In this document: in pieces, positions 37,266 to 46,387 of the stretch | Position numbering within the stretch: the first letter of the stretch is position 1 | Layout of the letters: every line of letters begins with the position of its first letter | The notes under the pieces: generated by a model | The model's input: the letters and a program-made list of their open reading frames with translations, nothing else | Told to the model about the DNA's origin: nothing | The model's database searches: none | NCBI GenBank assembly: GCA_963804645.1 | Contig: CAWDRG010000015.1 | Coordinates: 305,822-369,821 of the forward strand | Direction: 5' to 3' | Source of the DNA: an uncultured Bacillota bacterium | GTDB taxonomy: Bacteria > Sysuimicrobiota > Sysuimicrobiia > Sysuimicrobiales > Segetimicrobiaceae | Length of the DNA stretch: 64,000 nucleotides | Program-made: the position numbers and the translations under genes

Positions 37266-38399
37266 ATGCGGTATCAGCGGCAAGTCACCGGACTGGAGTA
37301 CGGGAAGAGTCACTACCCGGTGTACGACTCCGCGGATCTGGGATTTCGCGGGTACTGGTATCCCATCGCATTCTCGAAGCGTCTTCGGAAGACCCCGCTC
37401 GCGGTGACGCTGCTCGGCGAGGAATTGTGCCTGGTGCGGGACGTCGACGGCACGGCGTACTGCGTCGCCGACCGGTGTCCGCACCGCGGCATCCCGCTGT
37501 CCGAGGGGCAGCAGGACTTTCCCGGCACGATTACCTGTCCCTACCACGGGTTCACGTTTCGGCTGCGGTCCGGCGAGCTCGTCGGGGTGCTGACGGACGG
37601 GCCGGACTCGCCGCTGTGCGGGAAGCTGCGCGTGCGCGCGTATCCGGTCGAGGAGCGCGCCGGGTTGGTCTGGGTGTACATCGGCGACGACACACCGCAG
37701 CCGGTCGAGGCCGACATCCCTCAGGAGTTTCTCACCGAGCACGCCGTGGTGCAGGGCCGTATCACGGAGCGGGAGGGCGACTGGCGCCACGCGGCGGAGA
37801 ACGGGTTTGATGAGGGGCACGCGAAGTATCTGCATCGGAGCTCGTGGTTTCTGGCGTTCCGCCGCGTGCCGGCGTGGAGCCGGACCCGCGTCGTCACGGA
37901 CGACGCCGGCGTCTGGATCTCGCGAGTGCAGGATCAGATGGGGTGGGAGACAGATTATCCGGGCCTCGGGCGGTGGCCGCGATTCCGGGTGTGGCATCGC
38001 CGCGGCGGGGGACCGAGCACGGCGATCCGGCTCCCGGGGTTGCTGCGCGTCGGCTATCCGGACTGGGTCGACTTCGAGTGGTACATTCCGACGGTCCCGG
38101 GCCGGCACCTCTACGTGCAGATGGCGGTGGCCCAACGCACGGGGCTCGGCGCGCTCCTCTACCGGCTGAAGTACTGGGCGTACCTGCGGCCGGTGTTTCA
38201 CGGCCAGTTCAACGATCAGGACACGTGGATGGTCAGGCTGATGCGGACCCCGCCGGAGCGGCTCTATCGCCCCGACGTGTCCATCATCGCCTGGCGCAAG
38301 CTGGCAGAGACCGCGCGCGCCCTGCCTCCCGACGAGCGCGCCTCGGTGGCGAGCCTCTACACGACCGAAGACGAGCTTCGCGAAGAATCGCGGGCGTAA
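37266..38399 (+). CDS. Rieske non-heme iron oxygenase, catalytic (alpha-type) subunit
   Basis: The Rieske ligands are CPHRGIPL...CPYHGFTF. The mononuclear Fe motif is ENGFDEGHAKYLH (D-x2-H-x4-H). Confidence 0.8.
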   Translation: MRYQRQVTGLEYGKSHYPVYDSADLGFRGYWYPIAFSKRLRKTPLAVTLLGEELCLVRDVDGTAYCVADRCPHRGIPLSEGQQDFPGTITCPYHGFTFRLRSGELVGVLTDGPDSPLCGKLRVRAYPVEERAGLVWVYIGDDTPQPVEADIPQEFLTEHAVVQGRITEREGDWRHAAENGFDEGHAKYLHRSSWFLAFRRVPAWSRTRVVTDDAGVWISRVQDQMGWETDYPGLGRWPRFRVWHRRGGGPSTAIRLPGLLRVGYPDWVDFEWYIPTVPGRHLYVQMAVAQRTGLGALLYRLKYWAYLRPVFHGQFNDQDTWMVRLMRTPPERLYRPDVSIIAWRKLAETARALPPDERASVASLYTTEDELREESRA

Positions 38400-38411
38400 C
38401 GGGGGGATCCG

Positions 38412-39251
38412 GTGGACCGTTCGGGCGGCACGGAACCGGCGGGGACGTTCGTGCAGGCGGGCGGCGTGCGCCTGCACTATCACGAGGTCGGTGACGGCGA
38501 TCCGCTGATTTGTCTGCACGGCGCGGGGCCCGGGGCCAGCGCGTGGAGCAATTTCAAGTCCAACGTCGGCGCGTTCGCGTCGAAGCACCGGGTCTTCCTC
38601 GTCGACCTGCCCCAATACGGGCGGTCGGAGAAGGTCGCGATCACCGGGGGACGCCTCACGTTCACGGCCCGCGTCCTCGACGCGTTCATGGAAGCGGTCG
38701 GCCTCACGTCGGCGCACGTGCTGGGGAACTCGATGGGCGGCCAGGTGGCGCTGAAGATGGCGATCGAGACCCCGCAGCGCGTCAAGCGGATCGCGGTGCT
38801 CGGCGCGTCGCCCATTTCGTTCAGCGCGCTGACGCCGCTGCCGGTGGAGGGCGTGCGCCTGATCCAGACCTACTACCGGGGCGCGGAGGGTCCCACCCGT
38901 GCCAAGATGCGGGCGCTGATGGAGACGCTCGTGGCGACGCCCGGGATCGTGACGGACGAGATGGTCGAGGAGCGGTACGCGGCGAGCGCCGATCCCGAGG
39001 TCGTGGCGCTGTTCACGAAGACGCCCCCCCAAAACGAGGATTTGTTCGCCGATCTCGGCAAGGTGGCCGCGCCGACGCTCGTGCTGTGGGGCCAGGACGA
39101 TCGATTCGGCGCGCTGGAAATCGGGCTGCTCTTGTTGAAGCGGCTTCAGAACGCCCGGATGGTCCTGTTTCCGCGATGCGGGCACTGGGCGCACGTCGAG
39201 CGCGCCGAGGAATTCAACCACCTGGTGCTCGATTTCTTCGCCGGCGGGTGA
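38412..39251 (+). CDS. Alpha/beta hydrolase, meta-cleavage-product (C-C bond) hydrolase-like (BphD/MhpC type)
   Basis: LHGAGPGASAWSNF, nucleophile elbow GNSMGG, C-terminal CGHWAHVE. Confidence 0.85.
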   Translation: MDRSGGTEPAGTFVQAGGVRLHYHEVGDGDPLICLHGAGPGASAWSNFKSNVGAFASKHRVFLVDLPQYGRSEKVAITGGRLTFTARVLDAFMEAVGLTSAHVLGNSMGGQVALKMAIETPQRVKRIAVLGASPISFSALTPLPVEGVRLIQTYYRGAEGPTRAKMRALMETLVATPGIVTDEMVEERYAASADPEVVALFTKTPPQNEDLFADLGKVAAPTLVLWGQDDRFGALEIGLLLLKRLQNARMVLFPRCGHWAHVERAEEFNHLVLDFFAGG

Positions 39252-39282
39252 TGGACGCGTCAATGCGACGGGAGGGAGTGCG

Positions 39283-39549
39283 ATGGCCCAATACGATGTG
39301 AACCGCGTGCTGTTCGATTTGATCCGGAAGCCCGACCGGGCGGAGATCCTGAAGAACCTCGGGCCGTTTCTCGAAGGCTACCGGCTCAGCGACGCGGAGA
39401 AGGCCGCGCTGCTGGACCCTGGATACGGACAGCTCCTGGCGCTCGGCGCCCTGCCGAATCTTGTCTTCAAGTATTATCTCTGGCACGGCCTGCCCCCCGG
39501 CGAGTACGCGGCCAGAGCGGCAGTGAATGCGCCGAAGTCGGGATCGTGA
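39283..39549 (+). CDS. LigA-like small subunit of class III extradiol dioxygenase
   Basis: 88 aa, sitting immediately upstream of a LigB-type gene. LSDAEKAALL and LVFKYYLWHG are reminiscent of the LigA domain. Confidence 0.65.
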   Translation: MAQYDVNRVLFDLIRKPDRAEILKNLGPFLEGYRLSDAEKAALLDPGYGQLLALGALPNLVFKYYLWHGLPPGEYAARAAVNAPKSGS

Positions 39550-39583
39550 ATCCGGTCTGAGTCTGTAGAGGGGGTGGAGCATC

Positions 39584-40402
39584 GTGGCGGAGTTGGTCCT
39601 CGGTCTTGCCACGTCGCACGTCGCATTCATCACGCAGTCCCCGGAGATGGGCAGTCCGGCACAGGTCGAAGGCTTCCGCAACGGATACCGGCGGCTCGGC
39701 CAGGCGCTGCGGGACGCGCGCGCCGACGTCGCGGTCGTCATCTCGGGCGAACATCTCAACTACTTCTTCATCGACAACATGCCGGCGTTCTGCATCGGCG
39801 TGGCCGACGGGTTTGAGGGCCCGACGGAGCGCGGGGCGGGGATCCCGTACCGGCGCATTCCGGCGTCGGTCGAGCTCGCGAACTTCTTGCTGACGAGCGG
39901 CCTCGACCAGGGCGTGGACTGGGCGCGCACCGAGGGGTGGGAGCTCGACCACGGCATCATGGTCCCCCTGTACATGATCGACCAGGAGGCGCGCGTGCCG
40001 ATCGTGCCGGTGTTCATCAACTGCGCGGCGCCGCCGTGTCCGACCGCCCGCCGCTGCTACGCGTTTGGGGAGTGGCTGCGCGACGCGATCGCGCGGTGGG
40101 ACCCGTCGAAGCGCGTGGCGATCATCGCGACCGGCGGCCTCTCGCACTCGGTCGGCACGGAACGGATGGGATGGATCGACGAGGCGTTCGACCGGAAGTT
40201 CATCGCCGATTTCATCGGCAGCGACCGCCGGAAGATCACGACCCTGACCGACGAGCAGATCGCGGCGGCCGGGAACTCCACGAGCGAGATCCGTTCGTGG
40301 ATCGCCCTCGGCGGGGCGTTCGATCGCCGGCCGGCGGAGCTCGTCTTCTACGAGCCGATCGCGGGGTTCGCGACCGGATGCGGGCAGGTCTTGATGCGAT
40401 AG
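39584..40402 (+). CDS. Class III extradiol ring-cleavage dioxygenase, LigB-type catalytic subunit
   Basis: LGLATSHV, VVISGEHLNYFF, DHGIMVPL, GGLSHS. This is the LigB-family metal and acid-base pattern. Confidence 0.8.
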   Translation: MAELVLGLATSHVAFITQSPEMGSPAQVEGFRNGYRRLGQALRDARADVAVVISGEHLNYFFIDNMPAFCIGVADGFEGPTERGAGIPYRRIPASVELANFLLTSGLDQGVDWARTEGWELDHGIMVPLYMIDQEARVPIVPVFINCAAPPCPTARRCYAFGEWLRDAIARWDPSKRVAIIATGGLSHSVGTERMGWIDEAFDRKFIADFIGSDRRKITTLTDEQIAAAGNSTSEIRSWIALGGAFDRRPAELVFYEPIAGFATGCGQVLMR

Positions 40403-40448
40403 CCGTGCATCCCGCGGCATCTCATCCCGACCGGATCGACGAGGGTCC

Positions 40449-42713
40449 ATGACGCCGCGGCGCGCTGCGGGGACGGAGGCGCCGGCGCGTCCGCCGGCGC
40501 ACGCGGCGAGCCCCCGCCGGTTCGAGGACCGGGAACTCCTGCGCGGCGACGGCCGTTACGTCGACGACATCCGTCTGCCCGGCATGCTTCATGCGGCGAT
40601 CCTGCGCAGCCCGATGGCGCACGCGGTGCTCCGCCGCGTCGACCTCACGGGGGCGCGCGGCATCCCCGGGGTCGCCGCGGCGATCGCGTTCGCGGATCTG
40701 CCTCAGCCGGTCCCCGCGCTGCCGAACCTGCGGCCGCACGCGACCCTGCGCGCGCGCACGGCGTTTCCGCTCGCGCGCGATCGGGTGCGCCACGTCGGGG
40801 AAGCCGTCGCGCTCGTCGTGGCGACGAGCCGGTACCTTGCCGAGGACGCGCTCGACCGCATCGAGGTCGAGTACGAGGCGCTGCCGGCGGTCGGCGACCT
40901 CCGGGATGCGGTCGACGGCCGCCCCGCGCTGGTGCACGAGGACCTCGACTCCAATGTCGCGGCGCGGATCCGCCAGGAGATTGGCGACGTGCCGCTCGCG
41001 TTCGCGCAGGCCGACCTGGTCTTGCAGCATACGTGGTATATCTCGCGGGGCGCCGGTCAGGCGATGGAGACGCGCGGGATCGCGGCGGTCGAGGATCCCG
41101 ACTCCGGCGTGCTCACCGTATGGGCATCGTGCCAGCGCCCGCATCAGAACCGCCGGCACATCGCCGCGATGCTGGGCCTGCCCGACGCCCGCGTCCGCGT
41201 GATCGCGCCCCACGTCGGGGGCGGGTTCGGGCCGAAGGGGCGGTTCTACCAGGAAGACTATCTGATCCCGTACGTCGCGCGGATGCTCGGCCGCCCGGTG
41301 AAGTGGATCGAGGATCGGCGGGAGCATCTGCTGACGACCACGCAGGAGCGGGAGCAGATTCACGAGGTGTCGGTCGCGGTGGCGCGCGACGGCACCATCC
41401 TCGGCGTCCGCGACCGGTTCGTCCACGACATGGGCGCGTATGTGTCCGCGGGGCTCGTGGTCCCGTTCAACACGCTGTCGCTGCTCCCGGGGCCGTACCG
41501 GATTCCCGCGGTCGAGGTCGAGGCGACGTGTGTGTACACGAATCGGGTCACCGCCTCGCCGGTGCGTGGGGCCGGCCAGCCGGAGGCCGCGTACGTGATG
41601 GAGCATATCATGGACCTGGCCGCGACCGCGCTCGACCTCGACCCCGCCGAGGTGCGGACCCGCAACCTCATCGCGTCGGACGCGTTCCCGTACCGCGGAG
41701 GGATGCGCGACATGGACGGCCAGCCCATTGTGTACGACAGCGGCGACTATCGGCAGTGCCTGGCGAAAGCGCTCGAGGCGGTGGGCTACGCGTCGGCCCG
41801 CGCGGATCAGGCGCGCCTGCGGCGCGAGGGCGTCTATCGAGGCATCGGGCTCGCGTGCTACGTGGAGCTCACGGGGGTCGGCCCGCAGGAGGAAGCGATC
41901 GTCCGCGTCGACGACGGCCGGGTGCAGGTCATCGTCGGGTGCGGCGCCCAAGGCCAGGGCCACCGCACGATCCTCGCCCAGCTGTTCGCGGCCGAACTCG
42001 GCGTGCGCGCCGCCGACGTGGAGGTCCTGGAGGGCGACACGCAGCCGTCCGGGGTATCGATGGGCACGTACGGGAGCCGGACGGCCGTCGTCGCCGGCTC
42101 CGCGGTGATCGCGGCGGCCCGCGTGCTGCGGGAGAAGCTCTTCGCCGAGCGGCCGGACCTCGCGCGCGGGAACGGACCGGCGGCGCGCCGGGCGCAGGCA
42201 GAGGCGCTGGGGGAGCTCCACGGCCTCGAGGCCCGGGCCACGTTCTTGCCCTCGGCCCCGACGGTGAGCAGCGGCGTCCACGCAGCGATCGTCGAAGTGA
42301 CGCCGGAGTCGGGGGAGATGAACATCCTCCGGTACGTGATCGTGCACGACTGCGGCCGCATGATCAACCCGGTGCTCGTCGAAGGCCAGGTGGTGGGCGG
42401 CTTCGTGCACGGCCTCGGCGAGACGCTGTACGAGCGCCTCGTTTACGACGGCGATGGCCAGCCGCTGGCGACGACGTTGATGGACTACCTGCTGCCGACG
42501 GCGGCCGAGGTGCCGGAGGTGGTGCTGCAGCACGTCGAGGTGCCGTCGCCGCTCAACGTGCTCGGCGCCAAGGGCGCCGGTGAGGGCGGGGTGATTCCCG
42601 TCTCCGCCGCGCTGTCGCTGGCGGTGCAGGACGCGCTGCGTCCGTTCGGCGTCGCGATCGACCGGGTGCCTCTGATCCCGGAGATGCTGTGGCGAACGGA
42701 AGCGGGCCGGTAG
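40449..42713 (+). CDS. Xanthine dehydrogenase-family molybdopterin-binding large subunit (aldehyde oxidase/CoxL-like)
   Basis: 754 aa with RGDGRYVDDIRLPGMLHAAILRSP, GGGFG, SPVRGAGQPEA and GAKGAGEGG motifs. Confidence 0.9.
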   Translation: MTPRRAAGTEAPARPPAHAASPRRFEDRELLRGDGRYVDDIRLPGMLHAAILRSPMAHAVLRRVDLTGARGIPGVAAAIAFADLPQPVPALPNLRPHATLRARTAFPLARDRVRHVGEAVALVVATSRYLAEDALDRIEVEYEALPAVGDLRDAVDGRPALVHEDLDSNVAARIRQEIGDVPLAFAQADLVLQHTWYISRGAGQAMETRGIAAVEDPDSGVLTVWASCQRPHQNRRHIAAMLGLPDARVRVIAPHVGGGFGPKGRFYQEDYLIPYVARMLGRPVKWIEDRREHLLTTTQEREQIHEVSVAVARDGTILGVRDRFVHDMGAYVSAGLVVPFNTLSLLPGPYRIPAVEVEATCVYTNRVTASPVRGAGQPEAAYVMEHIMDLAATALDLDPAEVRTRNLIASDAFPYRGGMRDMDGQPIVYDSGDYRQCLAKALEAVGYASARADQARLRREGVYRGIGLACYVELTGVGPQEEAIVRVDDGRVQVIVGCGAQGQGHRTILAQLFAAELGVRAADVEVLEGDTQPSGVSMGTYGSRTAVVAGSAVIAAARVLREKLFAERPDLARGNGPAARRAQAEALGELHGLEARATFLPSAPTVSSGVHAAIVEVTPESGEMNILRYVIVHDCGRMINPVLVEGQVVGGFVHGLGETLYERLVYDGDGQPLATTLMDYLLPTAAEVPEVVLQHVEVPSPLNVLGAKGAGEGGVIPVSAALSLAVQDALRPFGVAIDRVPLIPEMLWRTEAGR

Positions 42714-42738
42714 CGAGTCGGTCGGAGCGATCGGGGCG

Positions 42739-44076
42739 GTGTCCGCGGTGGGAGACGGCGTGAACCTCACGGGAGAGCAGCGGCAGTGGGTCGAGGCCGC
42801 CTGGGCGAGCATCGACCGGGACGATGTTGCACGCCTCTTGGTCGAGATGGTCAATATCCCGAGTCCGCCCGGCGAGGAGCGGCCGCTGGCCGAGTTCATC
42901 GCGGCGCATCTCTCGGAGCGCGGGGTGCGCGCCCGCTGCCAGCTCCTCGACGACCGGCAGGCCAACGCGGTCGGCGTCTACCCCGGGCAGGGCGGCGGCG
43001 GAGATCTCCTCCTGTACGCCCCGATCGACACCGCGTTCACCGGCACCGAGGCTGACGATCTGCCGTGGACCGGCCCGCGCCTGCGGGCCGATCTCGTCCC
43101 CGTGGCGGCGGTGCAGGACGGGTTCGTGGTCGGGCTCGGCGCGGAGAATCCGAAAGGGTACGCGGCCTGCGTCATCGCGGCCGCGGAGGCGATCGCCCGC
43201 GCCGGCGTGCCGCTCCGGGGTGACCTGCTGGTCGGGCTCGGCGCGGGCGGGATGCCCGCGAACGCGCCGGCCGGCGGCCGCGGCCGCCGCAACGTCGCCC
43301 AGGGGGTCGGCTGCGCCCACATGCTGGAACAGGGCGTGCGCGGCGATTTCGCCGTGATCGCGAAGCCGGGCTGGACGGTGTCGTGGGAGGAGGTCGGCCT
43401 CTGCTGGTTCCGGGTCGACGTGAAGGGGGTCCTGGCGTACACCGGGATGCGACACATCCTGCCCTATCGCAGCGCGATCGTGGCCGCCGGCGAGGTGGCG
43501 CAGGCGCTCGAGCGGTGGTTCCCCGAGTACGCCGCCCGCAACACGTCCGGGTACGTCGCCCCGCAGGGCAGCATCGGTGCGATCGTCGGGGGATGGCCGC
43601 ACAAGCCGGCGTTCGCGCCGGCCGTCTGCCAGCTGTACGTCGATCTGCGCGTCAGCCCGCGCACGAGCCCGTCGGACGTGAAGGCGCAGTTCGCGGACGC
43701 GATCGAGGGGATCCGCCGCGCGCATCCGCACGTGGAGCTCGACTGGGAGATGATCCTCGGGATCCCCGGCTCCCATTCGGATCCCGACGACTGGATCGTG
43801 CGGTCCGCGATCCGAGGGTGGGAGGCGCTCGAGGGCCGTCCCCACGTGGCCGAACGAGGCAAGAGCGGCGCGACCGACGCGAACATCCTGCGCCAGTGGG
43901 GGGTCCCCACCGCGCGCATCGGGATGCCGCGGCCCACGCGTCCCGCCCCGTTCGCGGGACAGTTTTCGATGGGGGTCGCGGATTTGGAAAGCGCGCACAC
44001 GCTCATCCGGCTGCTCGTCCAGGTCGCGGTCGATACCTGCACCCGGCCGCGCGGCGAGCTGGGGTTGGAGTCCTGA
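42739..44076 (+). CDS. M20 (ArgE/DapE/CPG2)-fold protein, canonical metal ligands apparently substituted
   Basis: M20 pattern LLVEMVNIPSPPGEE...LLLYAPIDTAF...GLGAENPKG...GATDANI. In-frame GTGs at 42748 and 42760 are alternative starts. Confidence 0.75.
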   Translation: MSAVGDGVNLTGEQRQWVEAAWASIDRDDVARLLVEMVNIPSPPGEERPLAEFIAAHLSERGVRARCQLLDDRQANAVGVYPGQGGGGDLLLYAPIDTAFTGTEADDLPWTGPRLRADLVPVAAVQDGFVVGLGAENPKGYAACVIAAAEAIARAGVPLRGDLLVGLGAGGMPANAPAGGRGRRNVAQGVGCAHMLEQGVRGDFAVIAKPGWTVSWEEVGLCWFRVDVKGVLAYTGMRHILPYRSAIVAAGEVAQALERWFPEYAARNTSGYVAPQGSIGAIVGGWPHKPAFAPAVCQLYVDLRVSPRTSPSDVKAQFADAIEGIRRAHPHVELDWEMILGIPGSHSDPDDWIVRSAIRGWEALEGRPHVAERGKSGATDANILRQWGVPTARIGMPRPTRPAPFAGQFSMGVADLESAHTLIRLLVQVAVDTCTRPRGELGLES

Positions 44077-44657
44077 TGGCGAGGGAGCGCCGGCCGGCCG
44101 TTCCACGCCCCTCGGCCGCCGCACCGGGGCCGGCGGCGACCGACCCGGGCGAGGGGAGCGCCGCCCACGACGCGTACGCCGCGCTCCGGAGCGCGGGCGT
44201 GGACTTCGCGGTCTACCTGCCCGACAGCGTGCTGCATCAGGTGGCGGGCCTGCTCGAGGCGGACCCCGAGGTCCGCACCGTGGTGTGTTCGCGCGAGGAC
44301 GAGGGCGTGGCGCTCGCGGTGGGCGCGTCGCTCGCGGGACGGCTGCCCGTCGTCCTGATGGAAGGCTCGGGCATGGGCTACTGCGGGTTGATTTTGGCGA
44401 GGGCGCTCCTGCAGCGCACCGCCATGCTGATCCTGGCCAGCCACAACCGCGTCCTCGGCGAACGGTTCGACTATCACGGGGCCACCCGGATCGTCGGCGA
44501 GGGGACCGCGGAGGGCCTCGGTCTCCCGCGCCTCGTCGTGCACGATCGCGCGATGCTCCGCACCGCGATTCGCGGCGCTGTCCAAACGATCCAGGGACAA
44601 AAGGTGCCCGTCTGCCTGTTCATCCCCGGGTACGTCATGCTCGGAGGCGCCCCGTGA
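44076..44657 (+). CDS. ThDP-dependent 2-oxoacid decarboxylase alpha subunit (sulfopyruvate/phosphonopyruvate decarboxylase ComD-like, PYR domain)
   Basis: TGATG overlap with the M20 gene. Pattern GVDFAVYLPDSVL, SREDEGVALAVGASLAG, VVLMEGSGMG. Confidence 0.75.
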   Translation: MARERRPAVPRPSAAAPGPAATDPGEGSAAHDAYAALRSAGVDFAVYLPDSVLHQVAGLLEADPEVRTVVCSREDEGVALAVGASLAGRLPVVLMEGSGMGYCGLILARALLQRTAMLILASHNRVLGERFDYHGATRIVGEGTAEGLGLPRLVVHDRAMLRTAIRGAVQTIQGQKVPVCLFIPGYVMLGGAP

Positions 44658-45274
44658 CGTACCAAGACGTGCTCGAGGCGCTCGCCGCGTCGCGCGGCGC
44701 GGCCCCCGCGGTCGCCGGACCGGGCCTGTTGTCGCGCCTGCTGTGGGCGACCGAGCGCGCGCACGTGAGCCTCTACCAGATGGAGCTCGGCTACCCCACC
44801 GCCGTCGCGCTCGGACTCGCGCTCGCGATGCCCGGCGAGCGCGTCGTCGCGGTCGAGGGGGACGGGTCGATGCTCGCCGGCGTCGGCGTGCTGGCGACGG
44901 TCGCGCGCTATCACGCGCCGAACCTGGTCGTGCTGGTGTGCGACAACGGCGTCTATGGGACGGTCGGCGCCGGCACCATGGAGAGCGCGACGCGGCACGG
45001 CGCGGACCTGGCCGCGCTCGCGCGCGCCAGCGGATGGGACTCCGGCAAGGTGATCGCGGTGGAGACGGCCCGGGAGACCGCCGACGCGCTGTCGCGCGCG
45101 TTCCGGGACCCCGGACCGTGGTGCATCGTGGCGCGCGTCGCGCACACGCCGAACGAGCGCGCGGGCGGCGCCGGACAGATTCCCCTCGACGTCGTCGAGG
45201 GCGCGATGGCGTTCCGCCGCGAGATGCTGCAGCGGCGTGCGGCCGCCGGCCCGGGCGCCGGAGGCGCGCGATGA
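44654..45274 (+). CDS. ThDP-dependent decarboxylase beta subunit (ComE-like, PP domain)
   Basis: GTGA overlap with the alpha subunit. The ThDP-binding motif is VEGDGSMLAGVGVLATV...VLVCDNGVYG. Confidence 0.75.
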   Translation: MTYQDVLEALAASRGAAPAVAGPGLLSRLLWATERAHVSLYQMELGYPTAVALGLALAMPGERVVAVEGDGSMLAGVGVLATVARYHAPNLVVLVCDNGVYGTVGAGTMESATRHGADLAALARASGWDSGKVIAVETARETADALSRAFRDPGPWCIVARVAHTPNERAGGAGQIPLDVVEGAMAFRREMLQRRAAAGPGAGGAR

Positions 45275-46353
45275 ACGCGTACCGGACGCTCGTGCGGCCC
45301 GCCGCGTTTCTTCTGCCGCCGGAGACCGCCCACCGCGTGGCGCTGTGGACGCTGCGGCGCGCCCGGATGTGGGAGGCGCTCCGCCCCGCGTTCACCTTCA
45401 CCGATCCCGCGCTGCGCCAGCGCATCGGCGGGCTGGAGTTCCACAATCCGGTGGGCGTTGCGCCCGGGTTCGACAAAGACGGCGAGGCCCTGCGCGGGCT
45501 CGCCTGCCTCGGCTTCGGCTTTCTCGAGAGCGGTACCGTGCTGCCGCTGCCGCGCGCGGGCAATCCCGGCCCGCGCCTGCTACGGTATCCCGAGCAGGAA
45601 GCGCTCGCGAACTGCCTCGGGCTCCCGGGCCGCGGCGTCCACGGGTGCGCCGAGCTGCTGCGGCGCTGGCGGGCGCGCGGGCCTGCCGGGGTCCCGGTGA
45701 TCGTGAGCTTCATGGGCTTCACCCTGGACGAGTACGTGCGGGTGTTCAGCGAGCTGCAGCCGTGGGCCGACGCGCTCGAGGTCGCGCTCCGGTGTCCCAA
45801 CACCCCGGACGAGCGGAACTTTGTCGACCGCGACGAGTTCGGAACGCTGCTCGCCGCGTTGATGGAGTACAAACGGAAGCCGGTCTGGGTGAAGCTGCCG
45901 TCGCTCGACGTGGAGGTGGATCGCCAGCACCTCGCCGACCTGGTGGAGATCGGCCTCCGCCACGGCGTGGACGGCTTCATGGTGTCGGGCACGCGGCCCA
46001 TCGACGAGCCGCGTCTGTCCCGCGGGCGCGGCAGCCTGAGCGGACGCCCCGTGCTGGGGCGCACCCTGGAGGCCGTCGGCGTCGTGTATCGAGCGACGCG
46101 CGGGCGCGCGCCGATCGTCGCGCAGGGCGGGATCAGCTCGGGCGCGGACGCCTTGGCCGCGATCGCGTCCGGCGCCAACGCCGTGAGTGTCTATACGCAG
46201 TTCGTGTACGACGGGCCCGGGCTCGCGAGCCGAATCAATCGGGAGTTGGTGGCGTTGATGCGCGCCCGCGGGGCCGGATCGATCCAAGACCTGTGCGGGT
46301 GCGGGCCGCTGAGCGTCGATCCTGCCGTGCGGGAGACGGCGTCCACTGGCTGA
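45271..46353 (+). CDS. Dihydroorotate dehydrogenase-like FMN oxidoreductase, divergent paralog
   Basis: ATGA overlap with the upstream gene. It has the DHOD scaffold (FHNPVGVAPGFDKDGE, GFGFLESGTV, VWVKLP, GSLSGRPV, AQGGISSG, VSVYTQFVYDGPG), but the active-site loops differ from the canonical copy at 21009-22083. Confidence 0.8.
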   Translation: MNAYRTLVRPAAFLLPPETAHRVALWTLRRARMWEALRPAFTFTDPALRQRIGGLEFHNPVGVAPGFDKDGEALRGLACLGFGFLESGTVLPLPRAGNPGPRLLRYPEQEALANCLGLPGRGVHGCAELLRRWRARGPAGVPVIVSFMGFTLDEYVRVFSELQPWADALEVALRCPNTPDERNFVDRDEFGTLLAALMEYKRKPVWVKLPSLDVEVDRQHLADLVEIGLRHGVDGFMVSGTRPIDEPRLSRGRGSLSGRPVLGRTLEAVGVVYRATRGRAPIVAQGGISSGADALAAIASGANAVSVYTQFVYDGPGLASRINRELVALMRARGAGSIQDLCGCGPLSVDPAVRETASTG

Positions 46354-46387
46354 CCGCCGGCAGGGGGAGTCCGAAGGGAGGCTGATC

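Noticed and set aside
40449-42713. Aerobic carbon monoxide dehydrogenase (CoxL).
   Set aside because: The active-site loop is SPVRGAGQPEA rather than the form I VAYRCSFR signature. coxM and coxS are absent, and the CoxG-like gene is 20 kb away in a different context.
44076-45274. A phosphonate biosynthesis locus (phosphonopyruvate decarboxylase) or coenzyme M biosynthesis (ComDE).
   Set aside because: The window has no PEP mutase, aminotransferase/AEP genes or ComABC. The context is catabolic and transport-related.
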